Origin: a virus
DNA: 64,000 nucleotides
Direction: 5' to 3' (one strand)
IMG/VR virus record: IMGVR_UViG_3300020048_000024
Span: 32,001 to 96,000 of that record
A program made the translations under genes and the position numbers. The notes under the pieces are model-generated. The model saw nothing but the letters and a program-made list of their open reading frames with translations, was not told the DNA's origin and did not search any database. This document shows positions 1 through 12,000 of this stretch, piece by piece. Positions within the stretch are counted from its first letter, which is position 1, and every line of letters starts with the position of its first letter.

Positions 1-1169
1 CAGCAGATGATTCGTCATCATATGATAATGCTGATAGACTACAAACTGAGGCAAATAACGCAACTGCTGAAGCAGCACGAAATAGTGTTACTGACAATAA
101 CGATGTCAGAAAGAACAATACAGTGGTTACATCAGCGGAAGATCCAGGGGCATATGATGCAGCTGACAGACAACAAACTGCGATTAATGATGGAGTTCCT
201 GAAAAGTCATTTGCTCAATCAGTTCAAGATACAGAAGATGCTTACCCACAGGCAACTGGATCTGATATTAACGGAATATCTTCTCCAATGGCAGATAATA
301 TTAAGTTGCCATCAAGCAATTCATCTCCCGGAGTGGCATTAGCTAGCGGAGCAAAAGATTGGAGATTTAGAATTCAATTGGCTCCTTCCGCTCAGTATTT
401 TTACAACAGCGGTGATGCTGGGATACTAGCTCCATTAAAAAATACTAACGGAGTTATATTTCCATATACTCCTCAAATTAGCTTAAATTATGCCGCTAAC
501 TATAACAATTCAGAACTAACTCACAGCAATTATAAGATATACACTTATAAAAATAGCTCAGTTGAGGCAATAACTATCGCTGCTGATTTTACCGCGCAAG
601 ATACTCAAGAAGCAAATTATTTACTAGCAGTAATACATTTTTTTAGATCAGTGACTAAGATGTTTTATGGTCAAGATCAAAATCCACAAAGAGGTCTGCC
701 TCCTCCGCTGTGTTATTTAACCGGATTTGGCCAGTATCAATTTGATATGCATCCAGTGGCAATAACTAGCTTTACATATTCTTTCCCCACTGATGTTGAT
801 TATGTAAATGCATATCCAACTAACAATACTACCACCAATGGTGGAAAAAATAATCAGCCATATCAACAAAAGGGAGCATCAACTGCAAACTCTTCTAATT
901 TTTCTAAGTCATCGTCTAGATTAAATGCTAGTGGCAAAAATGGCTCAGGTGGACTTACTAAAGGAGGACTACCACCTCCTCCGGTTTTTAGTAATACTAC
1001 TAATATTAGTCAAGTTACAAGAGTTCCTAGTAAGATAACAATTCAACTAAGTTGTTTACCTATAGTAACTAGAAATGCCATTAGTAATAAATTTAGTTTA
1101 GCAGCGTACTCTACCGGTAGATTACTACAGGGTGGAGTCAATCCCGGAACAGGCGGAGGAATTTGGTAA
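1..1169 (+). CDS. Baseplate/tail-tube initiator-like structural protein (5'-truncated by window edge)
   Basis: Frame is open from position 3 (ORF track starts it at internal GTG 123); conserved-looking core GVIFPYTPQI..Y...Y....H.NY / FFRSVTKMFYG / PP.CYL.GFG; first gene of baseplate operon, TAATG-coupled to next gene. Confidence 0.5.
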   Translation, partial: ADDSSSYDNADRLQTEANNATAEAARNSVTDNNDVRKNNTVVTSAEDPGAYDAADRQQTAINDGVPEKSFAQSVQDTEDAYPQATGSDINGISSPMADNIKLPSSNSSPGVALASGAKDWRFRIQLAPSAQYFYNSGDAGILAPLKNTNGVIFPYTPQISLNYAANYNNSELTHSNYKIYTYKNSSVEAITIAADFTAQDTQEANYLLAVIHFFRSVTKMFYGQDQNPQRGLPPPLCYLTGFGQYQFDMHPVAITSFTYSFPTDVDYVNAYPTNNTTTNGGKNNQPYQQKGASTANSSNFSKSSSRLNASGKNGSGGLTKGGLPPPPVFSNTTNISQVTRVPSKITIQLSCLPIVTRNAISNKFSLAAYSTGRLLQGGVNPGTGGGIW

Positions 1170-1468
1170 TGTCATATCCAGCTAGCAGTCCATATTATTT
1201 AACTTCAGTAGTAAATCAAGTATTTTTAGACGTTATGATAAATCGTCCAGTGTTTAGTGATCCTACTGATATCTACTGGCAAATTACTAATATATATAAT
1301 CTTAGACCAGATTTACTGGCAAGTGATTTATATAATGATGGTAATTTATGGTGGGTGTTTGCTCAGAGAAATCCAAACACGCTAAAAGATCCGTTGTTTG
1401 ATTTTGTAGAGGGTGTATCAATTTATATTCCTAAACAAACTGCACTACAGGCATCTCTAGGATCATAA
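1169..1468 (+). CDS. Baseplate wedge protein, T4 gp53-like (LysM-like)
   Basis: RPDLLASDLYNDGNLWWVFAQRN...DP motif typical of gp53/LysM-like baseplate proteins; ATG at 1169 overlaps upstream TAA. Confidence 0.7.
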   Translation: MSYPASSPYYLTSVVNQVFLDVMINRPVFSDPTDIYWQITNIYNLRPDLLASDLYNDGNLWWVFAQRNPNTLKDPLFDFVEGVSIYIPKQTALQASLGS

Positions 1469-4144
1469 ATGGCAATTTCTTATAATATCAGAGCAACTCA
1501 AGAAGCGGCCAGAGCGAAAGCAGAAGCGGCAGCTTTAGCTGCAGGAAAATCAGCTATTGAAGCAGATTCAATAGGAAACGCTGCTGGAAATAACGTAGGG
1601 GCGGCTGAGCTAGCAAGAATACAAGGAGAATTAGGTAATAATTCCACGAGAGACGATGGAAGTAATACTGGCACAACTAATACAGCGGCAGATCCATCTG
1701 GATCTACTACTGTTAGTGATAGATCACAGACTGGACAAAAAGCTGGAGTGCCGAATAGTAGTAACAAAGATCAAATTGATCAACAATTTCCCGGAGCTAG
1801 AAAAACAAATCCATTGAGTAACTACAGTAGTTATTCTTATATTCTTCAGTTATACATGGTAACTCCAGAGGTTCTTACTAAACTTGCTAATAATAAAGGT
1901 ATATTACCGACTGATTCAGAGAGTAAAAAGCAAACTGTTTTGGTTGCTCAGAGCGGCGGCATTAATAACCAAGCTGATAATAGAGCATTACCATTTTCTA
2001 AAAAAATAGGACCATCTAATCAGGCTGGATTGGATTTTTACGTAGAAGACTTGAACATGACTGCCGCTGTGGCTCCAGACTCTCCTCCTACAACATACTC
2101 ATTTAAAATAATTGAGCCGCTTGGGTATACGTTTTTAACTAGATTGATGGAAACTAGTAAAGCATTAAATAAATTAAGCTCAGTTGCTGGAATGATCGAC
2201 GGCCCTCCATTATCAGTTCAAAATTATATTATAGGTATTAAATTTGTTGGTTACGACGTTAACGGAAATATTACAAATTCAACGCCGGTGAATACATCGA
2301 GCGTAAATTCGAATTCTGAAACTTCAACTACCATCACTCCTAGATATTTCCCAATTAGAATAGAAAAAATAACTTTTAAGCTCAGTGGTCAATCAACTGT
2401 ATATGATGTAACTGCTATTCCATTCAATGAACAAGCAGGAAGTGGACAGAAAAATGGTCAAATTTATGCTCAGGGTGAAATTCCTTCTCCTAAGGGAAAA
2501 GTAGGAGAGGCATTGCAAGGACTAATGGACAAACTTAACAGTTATCAAAAAAGTCTAGTTAAGGTTAGTCAGAATAAATCAACGACTTACAGTATTAAAT
2601 ACTTGCCAGGAGCAGAAGAAATAAGAGATTCTAGTCTATTAGATGATACTCAAATTGAGACTAGTCTTAATTCAATGTCTCAGGGAGTCAATACTACTAG
2701 TCAATCTAATATTAAACAAGGAGTGGCTGCTGTATCTAAATTAACTACTAGCAGAACTACCTCTCTTACTGCTGGAACATCTATACTGACGGGTATAGAT
2801 ATTATAATATCTAAAAGTGATTATATAGGAAAAGCTCTAAGCAAAATAAATACCGCCGCCGTTGAAACCAGAACAGAGTCGGGTCAACAAGGAGTAGAAT
2901 TAAAATGGTATAGTTGCAATCTAGTCACTACTATTTCTGGATATGACAATGCAACTCAAACTTACGTTTATGATATAGTATATGAGATTGGTGTTTATCC
3001 AGTATCATATATAAAAGCTCCGATGAAAGTAACGAAGTCAAAGTATCCGGGCCCGTATAAATTATATAATTATTTATTAACTGGAGAAAATACAGAAGTC
3101 TTAGATTATGAGTTAACTTTTGACAATTTATATGCTATTATTAATACGGCAAAATCAAACTCTGACGACTCTATTATCCCTGCGGTAAATTTAGTTGGTA
3201 AAAATGCTACTATAATGCCTGCTCCTGCTAGCAATTCAAATCCAATTGGTGGTAAACCAAATGCTGGTAGTGCAACTCAAGACAGTATCAGAGCACAATT
3301 GAATTTGGACGGAAATAATGATGCAGTAAGCGTAAAAATAAAAATTATGGGCGATCCAGACTGGTTAATGACTCAAGTTGGGAACTTTCAGGGACCATTC
3401 AATGATGATAATTCTACCACACAATCTGATGCGGCAGCCGGCGCTGCTTCTCAGTCTACTTTAAACACGATTAAAAATGCATACGGAGATAATTATAGCG
3501 TAAATCCACTAAGTGGACAAATTTTTTGTCAGATTATTTTTTATATGGCAGAAGATTATAATGATCTTTCATATAATAATAAATCAACCGATGGATTACT
3601 AGATGTTAGCGACTCACTTAATTTTTTTGATACTACTGACAGAAAAGATAGTGGGATTAAAGGAATAGTTTATAAAGTATGGCAAGTAACATCTACGTTT
3701 AATGGTGGAACATTTACTCAAGTATTAGACGCCAATATTGCTGAAAAAGATTTGTTTGAATCAGAGACTACTAATGATTCATCTGGAAGAGAAACTACTT
3801 CAAGTGCCTCAGCAAATGATACTAGAACTGCATTAAATTCTAAAGATACATTGAAAAAAGTCAATGAATCTCTTCCAACTGATTATGGAGACTCTGTATA
3901 TTCATCTGCTGAGTCTAGTGCAAAAAATACTCCATCTTCGCCAGACGATGATAAAAATGCTAATACTGCATCAATTGACGCAGCAAAACGAGCCTCTGAT
4001 CACGGAGTTTTGAGCGAAGCGTCTGCTAGAGCTGCTGGTATTAATACAAATATCACAACAGGATCCGGTGGCGCTGGATTTGGTCTTACTGGTCCCTCAG
4101 CAAGAGCCGCTGCACGAGAGAGAACACAAGGGACTAATAAGTAA
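1469..4144 (+). CDS. Probable baseplate hub protein
   Basis: 891 aa; NPL..YSSYSY...L N-terminal motif and C-terminal 'I.GDP.W ... Y.V..V.S.F.GG.FTQ.L' typical of hub proteins; position between gp53-like and gp5-like genes. Confidence 0.55.
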   Translation: MAISYNIRATQEAARAKAEAAALAAGKSAIEADSIGNAAGNNVGAAELARIQGELGNNSTRDDGSNTGTTNTAADPSGSTTVSDRSQTGQKAGVPNSSNKDQIDQQFPGARKTNPLSNYSSYSYILQLYMVTPEVLTKLANNKGILPTDSESKKQTVLVAQSGGINNQADNRALPFSKKIGPSNQAGLDFYVEDLNMTAAVAPDSPPTTYSFKIIEPLGYTFLTRLMETSKALNKLSSVAGMIDGPPLSVQNYIIGIKFVGYDVNGNITNSTPVNTSSVNSNSETSTTITPRYFPIRIEKITFKLSGQSTVYDVTAIPFNEQAGSGQKNGQIYAQGEIPSPKGKVGEALQGLMDKLNSYQKSLVKVSQNKSTTYSIKYLPGAEEIRDSSLLDDTQIETSLNSMSQGVNTTSQSNIKQGVAAVSKLTTSRTTSLTAGTSILTGIDIIISKSDYIGKALSKINTAAVETRTESGQQGVELKWYSCNLVTTISGYDNATQTYVYDIVYEIGVYPVSYIKAPMKVTKSKYPGPYKLYNYLLTGENTEVLDYELTFDNLYAIINTAKSNSDDSIIPAVNLVGKNATIMPAPASNSNPIGGKPNAGSATQDSIRAQLNLDGNNDAVSVKIKIMGDPDWLMTQVGNFQGPFNDDNSTTQSDAAAGAASQSTLNTIKNAYGDNYSVNPLSGQIFCQIIFYMAEDYNDLSYNNKSTDGLLDVSDSLNFFDTTDRKDSGIKGIVYKVWQVTSTFNGGTFTQVLDANIAEKDLFESETTNDSSGRETTSSASANDTRTALNSKDTLKKVNESLPTDYGDSVYSSAESSAKNTPSSPDDDKNANTASIDAAKRASDHGVLSEASARAAGINTNITTGSGGAGFGLTGPSARAAARERTQGTNK

Positions 4145-4202
4145 CAGATTTAAATGATACTATCAATAATATATTTTAATTTAATACAACATAGGATTTA
4201 AT

Positions 4203-7200
4203 ATGGCACGCGATGAACCGATTAGACAAGGAACTCCAAATAGCATGCAAGATGATCGTGGCGGCGCCACGATCATCAATGCCCCGGTTATAGGCGTAGT
4301 TAAAGATAATATCGATCCCGCCCATGCAGGAAGAATACGAGTGTATATTTCTAAATTTGGAGGGCTAGATCCAAACAATAGCAGTAACTGGAAAACAGTA
4401 TCGTATATGAGTCCGTTTTCTGGAATGAGCGGAATGAGCGGTACTGCTGCAACTGGTAGTACCAGTGAGGGATACGGAGAGTTCGTAGACAATCCACAAA
4501 GCTACGGATTTTGGGCTGCTTCTCCTGATATCGGAACCAATGTAATATGTATTTTCGTAGACGGTGATCCTCAAAACGGATACTACATCGGATGTATTCC
4601 TATGCCAGGAATGAATAGCATGACTCCAGCAATGGGAGCAACCAATTCAGTTGTTCCTAACTCTGCAGAAGCATCTGCTCTTGCTGGTGCTGATAGAATG
4701 ATGACTACTGAAGTCAACGCAAATAATCCTAACTTAGCAAATAGCGGAACTATCACAACTGATCCTAAGCCAGTACATAGTTATCAAATGGCTATCATGG
4801 CTCAACAGGGTCTTAATCGTGATAATTCAAAAGGTATGATTACTAGCAGTGCTCAACGAGAAACTCCTAGCAAAGTGTTTGGTATAAGTAGTCCAGGTGG
4901 TCCAATATATTCAGGAGGCTTTAATAATAGCACTATTATTGGAGCAGTCACTGACCCAGCCACCGATACTCAGGTTCAAGTGAAGGGAAGAACGGGCGGT
5001 CATAGTCTGGTACTAGACGACGGTGATCTTCAGGGTCAAAATCAATTGATGAGGTTCAGAAGTGCAGCCGGTCATCAAATTATGATGAATGATACTGATC
5101 AAGGTATTAGCATTGTTCATGCTAATGGGCAAAGTTGGGCGGAATTAGGCAAAGAAGGCACCATTGATTTATTTTGTACTAATTCATTTAATGTTAGATC
5201 ACAGGGAGATATAAACTTTCATAGTGATCGTGATATAAACATGCACGCTGAAAAAACTTTTAGAATGTATGCTACTAACATACAAATAGAAAGTGATAAT
5301 AATACTAGTTTTAGAAGCGGAAATAACTTTTTCACTTACGTAAAAGGAAAATATACAATTAAGGTTGACAGTAGCTTTAGTATTTTAAGCACTGGAGACG
5401 CGAGTGTTGCTAGTAGTGGGAAAACATTCATCAACGGCGATAAAATTAATTTAAATACTGGTAGTTCTGGAACTACACCGATAGAAGTTCCAATTATGCC
5501 AAAAACTAGCATAGTTGAAGCCGCGTACAGTGCATCAAAAGGATGGATTAATCCATCTCCAAAGCCAACAATTAGCTTAACTAATAGAACCCCAACTCAT
5601 TTACCATTCGTTGGCAGTGGCAAGGGTGTAGATATAACAGTAGATCCAGTGGTAGATTCTAATAAACCAGTTACTACTCCAGCGGCCAACACTGCTAACT
5701 CATCTACTCCTGCGGTTCCAGCTAAACCAGTTCCAATTGCCACTGTTAATTCTGTTCCAGCTTCTGCTAGTGCTAGTAATAATGCTGTGTCAGAATTGAA
5801 TGGTAACGCAGTAACTGCGCTGACTGGACAACAAGCTCAAAACAATGCTACTCTTCCAAACGGAGTAACGCCACAAGCAGTACCAGCAGCGATAGCAAAT
5901 GCTGGCACAAGTAATATTCCGTTGAGTGGAATACCACAAATTGATCCAAATGGTAAAGCAGCATTGGGGATTCTTGCTGGATCAGTTGGATTGAATTTGA
6001 ATCAAGCAACTATATCAGGCTCAATTCTTAAGCCAGGATCAGGATCATTGATAGCTGTTAATCTTGCACTGGGAATGCCATTTCAAATGGCAGTGCGAGG
6101 TCTTACCACTGGTAATTTTGGAGCAATTAGTGCCAGTGCTATATTGAAAAGCACATCAATTCAGACTGCGGCAATGGGACTTAGTATAAATGCTTCTGCT
6201 ACTAGTTTGGTAAATTCTGGAATATTAACCGGACAAGAAAGCGCAGCACAAGCTGGAGGATTAGTAATGGCGGCTAGCAATTACGGAACTACTGCTGTGT
6301 CTGGCTTTATTTCTGCTAGAACTATGGGATCAGGGGTGTCTGCTAATGTAGGTGTAGGTGCCAATTTTGGAGGAGTAGGTAGTATTAGCGGCTCACTAAA
6401 CGTAGGAGGAGGTGGTAGTGGCGTTGGAATAAATGCCAACATTGGCGGGTTAATCGGTGGTGGTGGTGCACTAGGAAATATTAATATATCTGCCAACATT
6501 GGTGGTAAAGCCGGTGCTACAATCAAGACTGGACTAGCAGTAGCGGGAGCGGCAGTGGCGGCAGGAGTTACTGTTAATGCAATATCAAATGCAATTGCTA
6601 GTGGAAAGCTTGCTGGTAGTATAGCGGATACTATCAGTAGTGGATTATCAGGTCTAGCAACCAGTGTTGCTGACACATTAAAGAATCTAGGACAAAGTAT
6701 AGCTTCTGCAGCCGCGAGTCTAATCGGACCACTAAGAGCAGCGTTCGGTCAAGTTGAAGCATCTCTTAAGGATCTTCAAGCAAACTTGCCAAACTTTTTA
6801 GGTGGTAGTGATAAGAGTACATCATCAGTTGATGTCAATAGCAGTGGATCAAAGTATAATTCAACTCAGGCAGCAGTTAAGATTGCTCAGAGTAACTATG
6901 ATATGGCTCTTACAAATTATCGAAATGTATCAGATGGAATTAACAAGGCAGCACTAGATTCAGCAGAATCTGATTTAGCAGCAGCTAGAAAAGAAAGCGG
7001 TAAAGCAGCTCTTGGATTAATTACAGGAACTAATAATAGTTTAAATGCTGCTGGAAATGCATTGAATTCTCTTCGTGGAGCAGCAAATGGAGTATTATCG
7101 ATAGGTGGAATTTCAGTTAGAGCAGGAATTCCATTAAACGGAGTTGCTGGGGGAGTTATGGCAGGCATAAGTGGAGGGTTAGCAGCAGGAGGAATTGTAG

Positions 7201-8588
7201 CTGGTCTATCTGCTAATGCCGGTGGATTATCTGCTGGTCTACAAGCTGGAATAGCAGGCGGATTAGCCTCGGCTTCTATACAATTACCAGTAACTACGTT
7301 TAACAGTGGTATTAATGGACTGAGTGGAGGATTAAGCGCCATGGCCAGCTTTACTAATGCTACTAATCCATCAAACTTAATAAAAAATATATCAGGTGCG
7401 GTATCATTCTCGTCTAGCGGAGGAAGATCATCACTGTCTCTTGGTGTTCAAGGAGGTTTTGGAGGCGGAGCAGGATCAGTTGGTCTGTCAATACAGAATC
7501 CATTATCATTAACAGGAAACTTAGTCGGCAATACTACACGTTCAATAGGCAGTATATCAGCTGGATTAAGTGCCGGTATCAACGGTGGTATATCTGGTGG
7601 AATAGGAATCAATGCTAATTTGGGCGGAGTTCAGGTAGGACTTAATGCTAATCTAGGAGGTATTGCTGGGGGCATTCAAGCTGGAGTAGTAGGAGGTTTA
7701 GCTGCCGCTTCATTCGTAGCTAATGGTGGCATAACAGCCGGAATCAACGGAATCTCAGCTGGGATTCGTGGTAGTATCAGTGGAATTAGTGGTGGCATTA
7801 CAGCTGGATTACAAGCTGGAATTAGCGGAGGATTAGCAGCAGGAGGTATAATTGCTAGTTTACAAGCTAGCATTGCTAGTATTGGTAACGCCAGTGGTCA
7901 GATAAAGGTTGGTATACTAGCATCTGGAACATTCTTGAAAGCCAATTTTGCTGTTAACGCAGGAAAATTATTAAACAATAGTATTATTCCTATGCCACTA
8001 AGTGTTCTTCCTGGAACTGATGATGCTGGTGCAGCAGTCAATACGTCAACTAATCAATTGGCAGCTAAAACTCTTGGTTCACAAAGCGAAGCATTGAAGA
8101 GAGTAAAAGAACTTACGGATCAATTAGGCGCAATTAATCGTGAAGAAGATAGAGCTTTAGAATACGCTCGTGTTACAAGACTGTCATTATTAAGTGAAGC
8201 AGAATTGACCATGCCTATTCAACAGCGTAGAAGTAATCTTCTATCAGAACTGATAGAAGCTAAAGAGCGATATAATTCATTGGTCAGCGGACAAAATACT
8301 CCGCCACCTGATCCAAGACCAGCAACTGCTAGTACCGCAACTACTGCAGCTGTCAGTTCACAGCCTCAGTCTCAATCTATTAATCCTGTTTCTACCGGTG
8401 GCATGAGAGGACCAGATCCTGCTATGTGGTTGCCGCCCCCTCCTATTGCCTCGGGTCCCGGAGTTGAAACATCTACGGGAATTGATCAATTTGGACAAAA
8501 AATAACTACTACAACTGGCGGTGGCACATCTAGATTTATACCACCTGAAGAAGCCATGGCTCGTCGAGATGCAGCAAATAGAAGATAA
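4203..8588 (+). CDS. Baseplate central spike, gp5/VgrG-like, with long Gly/Ala-rich C-terminal extension
   Basis: N-terminal OB-fold motifs GVVKDNIDPAHAGRIRVYI and PDIGTNVICIFVDGDP; GH..VLDD / GHQI.MND beta-helix entry, ending KINLN; followed by gp25-like gene. Confidence 0.8.
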   Translation: MARDEPIRQGTPNSMQDDRGGATIINAPVIGVVKDNIDPAHAGRIRVYISKFGGLDPNNSSNWKTVSYMSPFSGMSGMSGTAATGSTSEGYGEFVDNPQSYGFWAASPDIGTNVICIFVDGDPQNGYYIGCIPMPGMNSMTPAMGATNSVVPNSAEASALAGADRMMTTEVNANNPNLANSGTITTDPKPVHSYQMAIMAQQGLNRDNSKGMITSSAQRETPSKVFGISSPGGPIYSGGFNNSTIIGAVTDPATDTQVQVKGRTGGHSLVLDDGDLQGQNQLMRFRSAAGHQIMMNDTDQGISIVHANGQSWAELGKEGTIDLFCTNSFNVRSQGDINFHSDRDINMHAEKTFRMYATNIQIESDNNTSFRSGNNFFTYVKGKYTIKVDSSFSILSTGDASVASSGKTFINGDKINLNTGSSGTTPIEVPIMPKTSIVEAAYSASKGWINPSPKPTISLTNRTPTHLPFVGSGKGVDITVDPVVDSNKPVTTPAANTANSSTPAVPAKPVPIATVNSVPASASASNNAVSELNGNAVTALTGQQAQNNATLPNGVTPQAVPAAIANAGTSNIPLSGIPQIDPNGKAALGILAGSVGLNLNQATISGSILKPGSGSLIAVNLALGMPFQMAVRGLTTGNFGAISASAILKSTSIQTAAMGLSINASATSLVNSGILTGQESAAQAGGLVMAASNYGTTAVSGFISARTMGSGVSANVGVGANFGGVGSISGSLNVGGGGSGVGINANIGGLIGGGGALGNINISANIGGKAGATIKTGLAVAGAAVAAGVTVNAISNAIASGKLAGSIADTISSGLSGLATSVADTLKNLGQSIASAAASLIGPLRAAFGQVEASLKDLQANLPNFLGGSDKSTSSVDVNSSGSKYNSTQAAVKIAQSNYDMALTNYRNVSDGINKAALDSAESDLAAARKESGKAALGLITGTNNSLNAAGNALNSLRGAANGVLSIGGISVRAGIPLNGVAGGVMAGISGGLAAGGIVAGLSANAGGLSAGLQAGIAGGLASASIQLPVTTFNSGINGLSGGLSAMASFTNATNPSNLIKNISGAVSFSSSGGRSSLSLGVQGGFGGGAGSVGLSIQNPLSLTGNLVGNTTRSIGSISAGLSAGINGGISGGIGINANLGGVQVGLNANLGGIAGGIQAGVVGGLAAASFVANGGITAGINGISAGIRGSISGISGGITAGLQAGISGGLAAGGIIASLQASIASIGNASGQIKVGILASGTFLKANFAVNAGKLLNNSIIPMPLSVLPGTDDAGAAVNTSTNQLAAKTLGSQSEALKRVKELTDQLGAINREEDRALEYARVTRLSLLSEAELTMPIQQRRSNLLSELIEAKERYNSLVSGQNTPPPDPRPATASTATTAAVSSQPQSQSINPVSTGGMRGPDPAMWLPPPPIASGPGVETSTGIDQFGQKITTTTGGGTSRFIPPEEAMARRDAANRR

Positions 8589-8603
8589 CTAAAGGAAAAT
8601 AAA

Positions 8604-9041
8604 ATGCCAACATATATAGGATTTTCAACAGTAGAAGCAAATCAACCAATACAAGTTACTGGTGGAGCAACATCAACGGCTGCCACCACTAGACAAAGTA
8701 AAAAGTTTGCATTGTATGACGAGAGATTGGTCATAAGAGATTTGATTAATGCTCTTAGTATTCAACAGGGTAGTAAGGTAGGCCAGCCAAACTACGGCAC
8801 TACATTGTGGACTTATTTGTTTGAGCCATCTAACGAAAATACTGAGCAGCTATTAACTACAGAAATTAATAGAGTTATTAAGTCAGATCCGAGAATAGTA
8901 TTAAACTCACTGACTTTATATGCTCAAGATACTGGAATTTTAGTACAAGTTGAAATGGCATTTAGTCCGTTTAACAATGCAGTTACTATAGATTTCTTTT
9001 TAAACAGATATGATGGATCAGTGCAGCAATTAGCACAGTAA
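8604..9041 (+). CDS. Baseplate wedge subunit, T4 gp25-like
   Basis: L..QQGSKVGQPNYGTTLWTYLFEP...I..DPRI motif characteristic of gp25/GPW family. Confidence 0.85.
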   Translation: MPTYIGFSTVEANQPIQVTGGATSTAATTRQSKKFALYDERLVIRDLINALSIQQGSKVGQPNYGTTLWTYLFEPSNENTEQLLTTEINRVIKSDPRIVLNSLTLYAQDTGILVQVEMAFSPFNNAVTIDFFLNRYDGSVQQLAQ

Positions 9042-9091
9042 GATTTGTCTAATATTGTCAATGATAAATATATTAATACAGGAAAGATAAA

Positions 9092-12000
9092 ATGCCAAAT
9101 ATACCATTATCCGGATCAACCAGCACTACTTCTGGATCACAAACAAGTTCATTGAGTAGTACTCGTCAAAGCTCGCTATTTGGACTTCAAGACTGGACTC
9201 GCATATATCAAACCTATCGAGCATCAAACTTAACTAGCTACGATTATACTACTCTTCGTAAAAGTTTTATTGATTATCTTACTACATACTATCCTGAATC
9301 ATTCAATGACTATACAGAATCATCTGAATTCATAGCACTACTCGATGTTATAGCGTTTATGGGTCAGGGATTGGCGTTTCGTGATGATTTAAACGCTCGT
9401 GAAAATTTTATGGATACAGCAGAGCGTAGAGACTCTGTTATAAAACTTGCTAATCTAGTTTCTTATAATCCAAAGCGTAATATTGAAGCAAACGGAGTTG
9501 TAAAAGTATCTTCTATTAGTACTAGCGAAAGTATCTTTGACATCAACGGAGTTAGTCTAGGCAATAGTACTGTATTCTGGAATGACCCTGCTAATCCAAA
9601 TTGGCAACAACAATTTAACACAATATTAAACGCATCACTGGTGAACAGTCAAGTAATTGGCAGACCAGGAAATAGTCAAGACATTCTTGGCATTCAAAAC
9701 AGTGAGTATACGATTAACATTGTTCCTGGACAAAATCCAGTAATACCGTTCATTGCTCAAATTAACGGTGTTTTGACTAATTTTGAATTAGTAAGCGTTA
9801 CTAGTATCAATCAATCATATCTATATGAACTACCACCAGCACCAACTGGGCAGTTTAATATTATATATTCAAATGACGGACTAGGATATGGTAGTCCTAA
9901 CACAGGATTTCTTTTTTACTTTAAACAGGGGACTTTAAGAAATTTTAATTTTAATTTCCCAGAAAGAATTCAAAACAATGTACAAGACATAAACATTCAA
10001 GGTATTAATAATACTGATACTTGGCTATACTCAGTAAACAGTAACGGAGCATTACAAGAACTGTGGTCTCAAGTTGAGAATCTCTTTATCAGCAATGGAA
10101 ATTCACAGGGTAACAGCGCCACTCCTATCTTTGAAGTAGCTAGTAGAACAAATGATCAAGTTACTTATATATTTGGCGATGGAGTGTTTGGAGAAATACC
10201 AGTAGGAAACTATCTTGCTTATGTTAGAAGCAGTAATGGTCTATCATACAGCATTGATCCTAGCGAAATGACTGGAATTGCTGTATCACTTCCATACATT
10301 GGTAGATCAGGCAATACAGAGTCATTGACATTTACATTTGATTTACAATCAGTTAATAATACTGCTCAGAGTCGTCAGTCTATAGTTGATATTAAAGAAC
10401 GAGCACCTGCTAGATATTATACCCAAAATCGTATGGTCAACGGAGAAGATTATACAAATTTTCCATTCACACTGTACAATTCAATTGTTAAAAGTAGTGC
10501 AGTAAACAGAACTAGTATTGGTGTTAGTCGTGGACTAGACTTGTTAGATCCTACTGGAATCTACAGTAGTACAAACGTATTTGCCAATGATGGTGCACTA
10601 TACTTAGATCCATTGCCTACTATAGCTACATTCTCGTCACAGAACATTAATGCCGCTATTCAATTTATATCACTTAGCTTGCCTATAATATTAGGAACAA
10701 CGCCAGCGACTCAATACTATCAAAAATATTATCCAAGATATTCAGGCTATTATACAGGAGCCGCATCTACAGATCATCGAGTTTACTGGCAGCAAACCAC
10801 GTTAACAGGATCAACCGTCACTGGATATTTTTATATATTAACCGCTGGTAATGTAAAAACTCCTATTCCTTTAGGAGTATACAGTACTTACTCAATGAGA
10901 TATATTAGTCAGGGTGCTCAACTTAATTTTGTTGCTCCAGTTGGCTATTATTTTGATAGCAACGATAGATTACAGCCGGGAATTGCTAATCCATATGTTG
11001 GAGATCGATCTAACATATGGATTGGAGTTTCATTAGTAATTGGCGATGGATATAACTTTGGCAACGGTAATTTAGAAACTGGTCTTGGCCCAGTTACATT
11101 GAATTCCTATGTTCCAACCGGAGCATTTCTAGATATAAATCAATCTACTCCTGCTGCTATTATACCATCGTTCAGCAGTGTGCTTAGTTCGGTATTAGTA
11201 AACCAAATGTTAGACTTAATAAGTTTGAAGCAGAACTTTGCTCTTAAATTTGACAACAGTATATTAGTAACACTAGAACAGTGGTCTATATTAAGTACAA
11301 TTCCTACTAATCCAAGCCCAACTGATTTATTCATAACATTCGTTAGTAGCGCGATTGACAATAATTATATCGTGACAATTTCTAGCACTAAGTATAATTT
11401 TGCCTCAGTTGATCAAATACGTTTTATTTTTAATGGATCACAGAAAGTATATGACCCACAAAGCGGTCAAGTATTTTCTGATTTTATCAATATTTTTGCT
11501 ACTAATGCCAATTCTACAAACAGTGGAACACTAGGCTTTGATCGAGTACTAAACGTAACTGGACAACCAGTGTTAAGCGATGGACACATTGATGATTACG
11601 AAGTAATAGTTAGTAGTATTAATTTAACCAGCGGTTTTACATATGATCCAGATTTTTTTACTGAAATAGTAGGAACAAGTACAGATGCGTATGTATTTCT
11701 TCAAGTATACTATGATATAAATAATTTGTATCGTACTCAAGTATTGCCGGTTGGATACATAATTTACACGTACTCTACACAAAATCAAGTACTAAATGTA
11801 ATATATGATTATCCTACTGGAACAGTATTCTACTGTAAATCTGGAACAACATCTAGCAGCGACCCTGTATTCTTTCAAAGTTCTCTTGTAGTAGGAACTA
11901 ATCCTCCTGTAATTATACTAAACGATGTTACTTCTGAGTATCTAGTTGCTACTGGCAGAGGTGGAATTAATTTTCAATACAGACATAATAGCAATAATAC

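Noticed and set aside
7-342. 111-aa ORF and other short overlapping ORFs in the track (e.g. 63719..63955)
   Set aside because: Overlap better-supported long genes in another frame and lack motifs or start signals
6281-7873. Pro/Ala-rich minus-strand ORFs
   Set aside because: Reverse-frame shadows of the Gly-rich gp5 region
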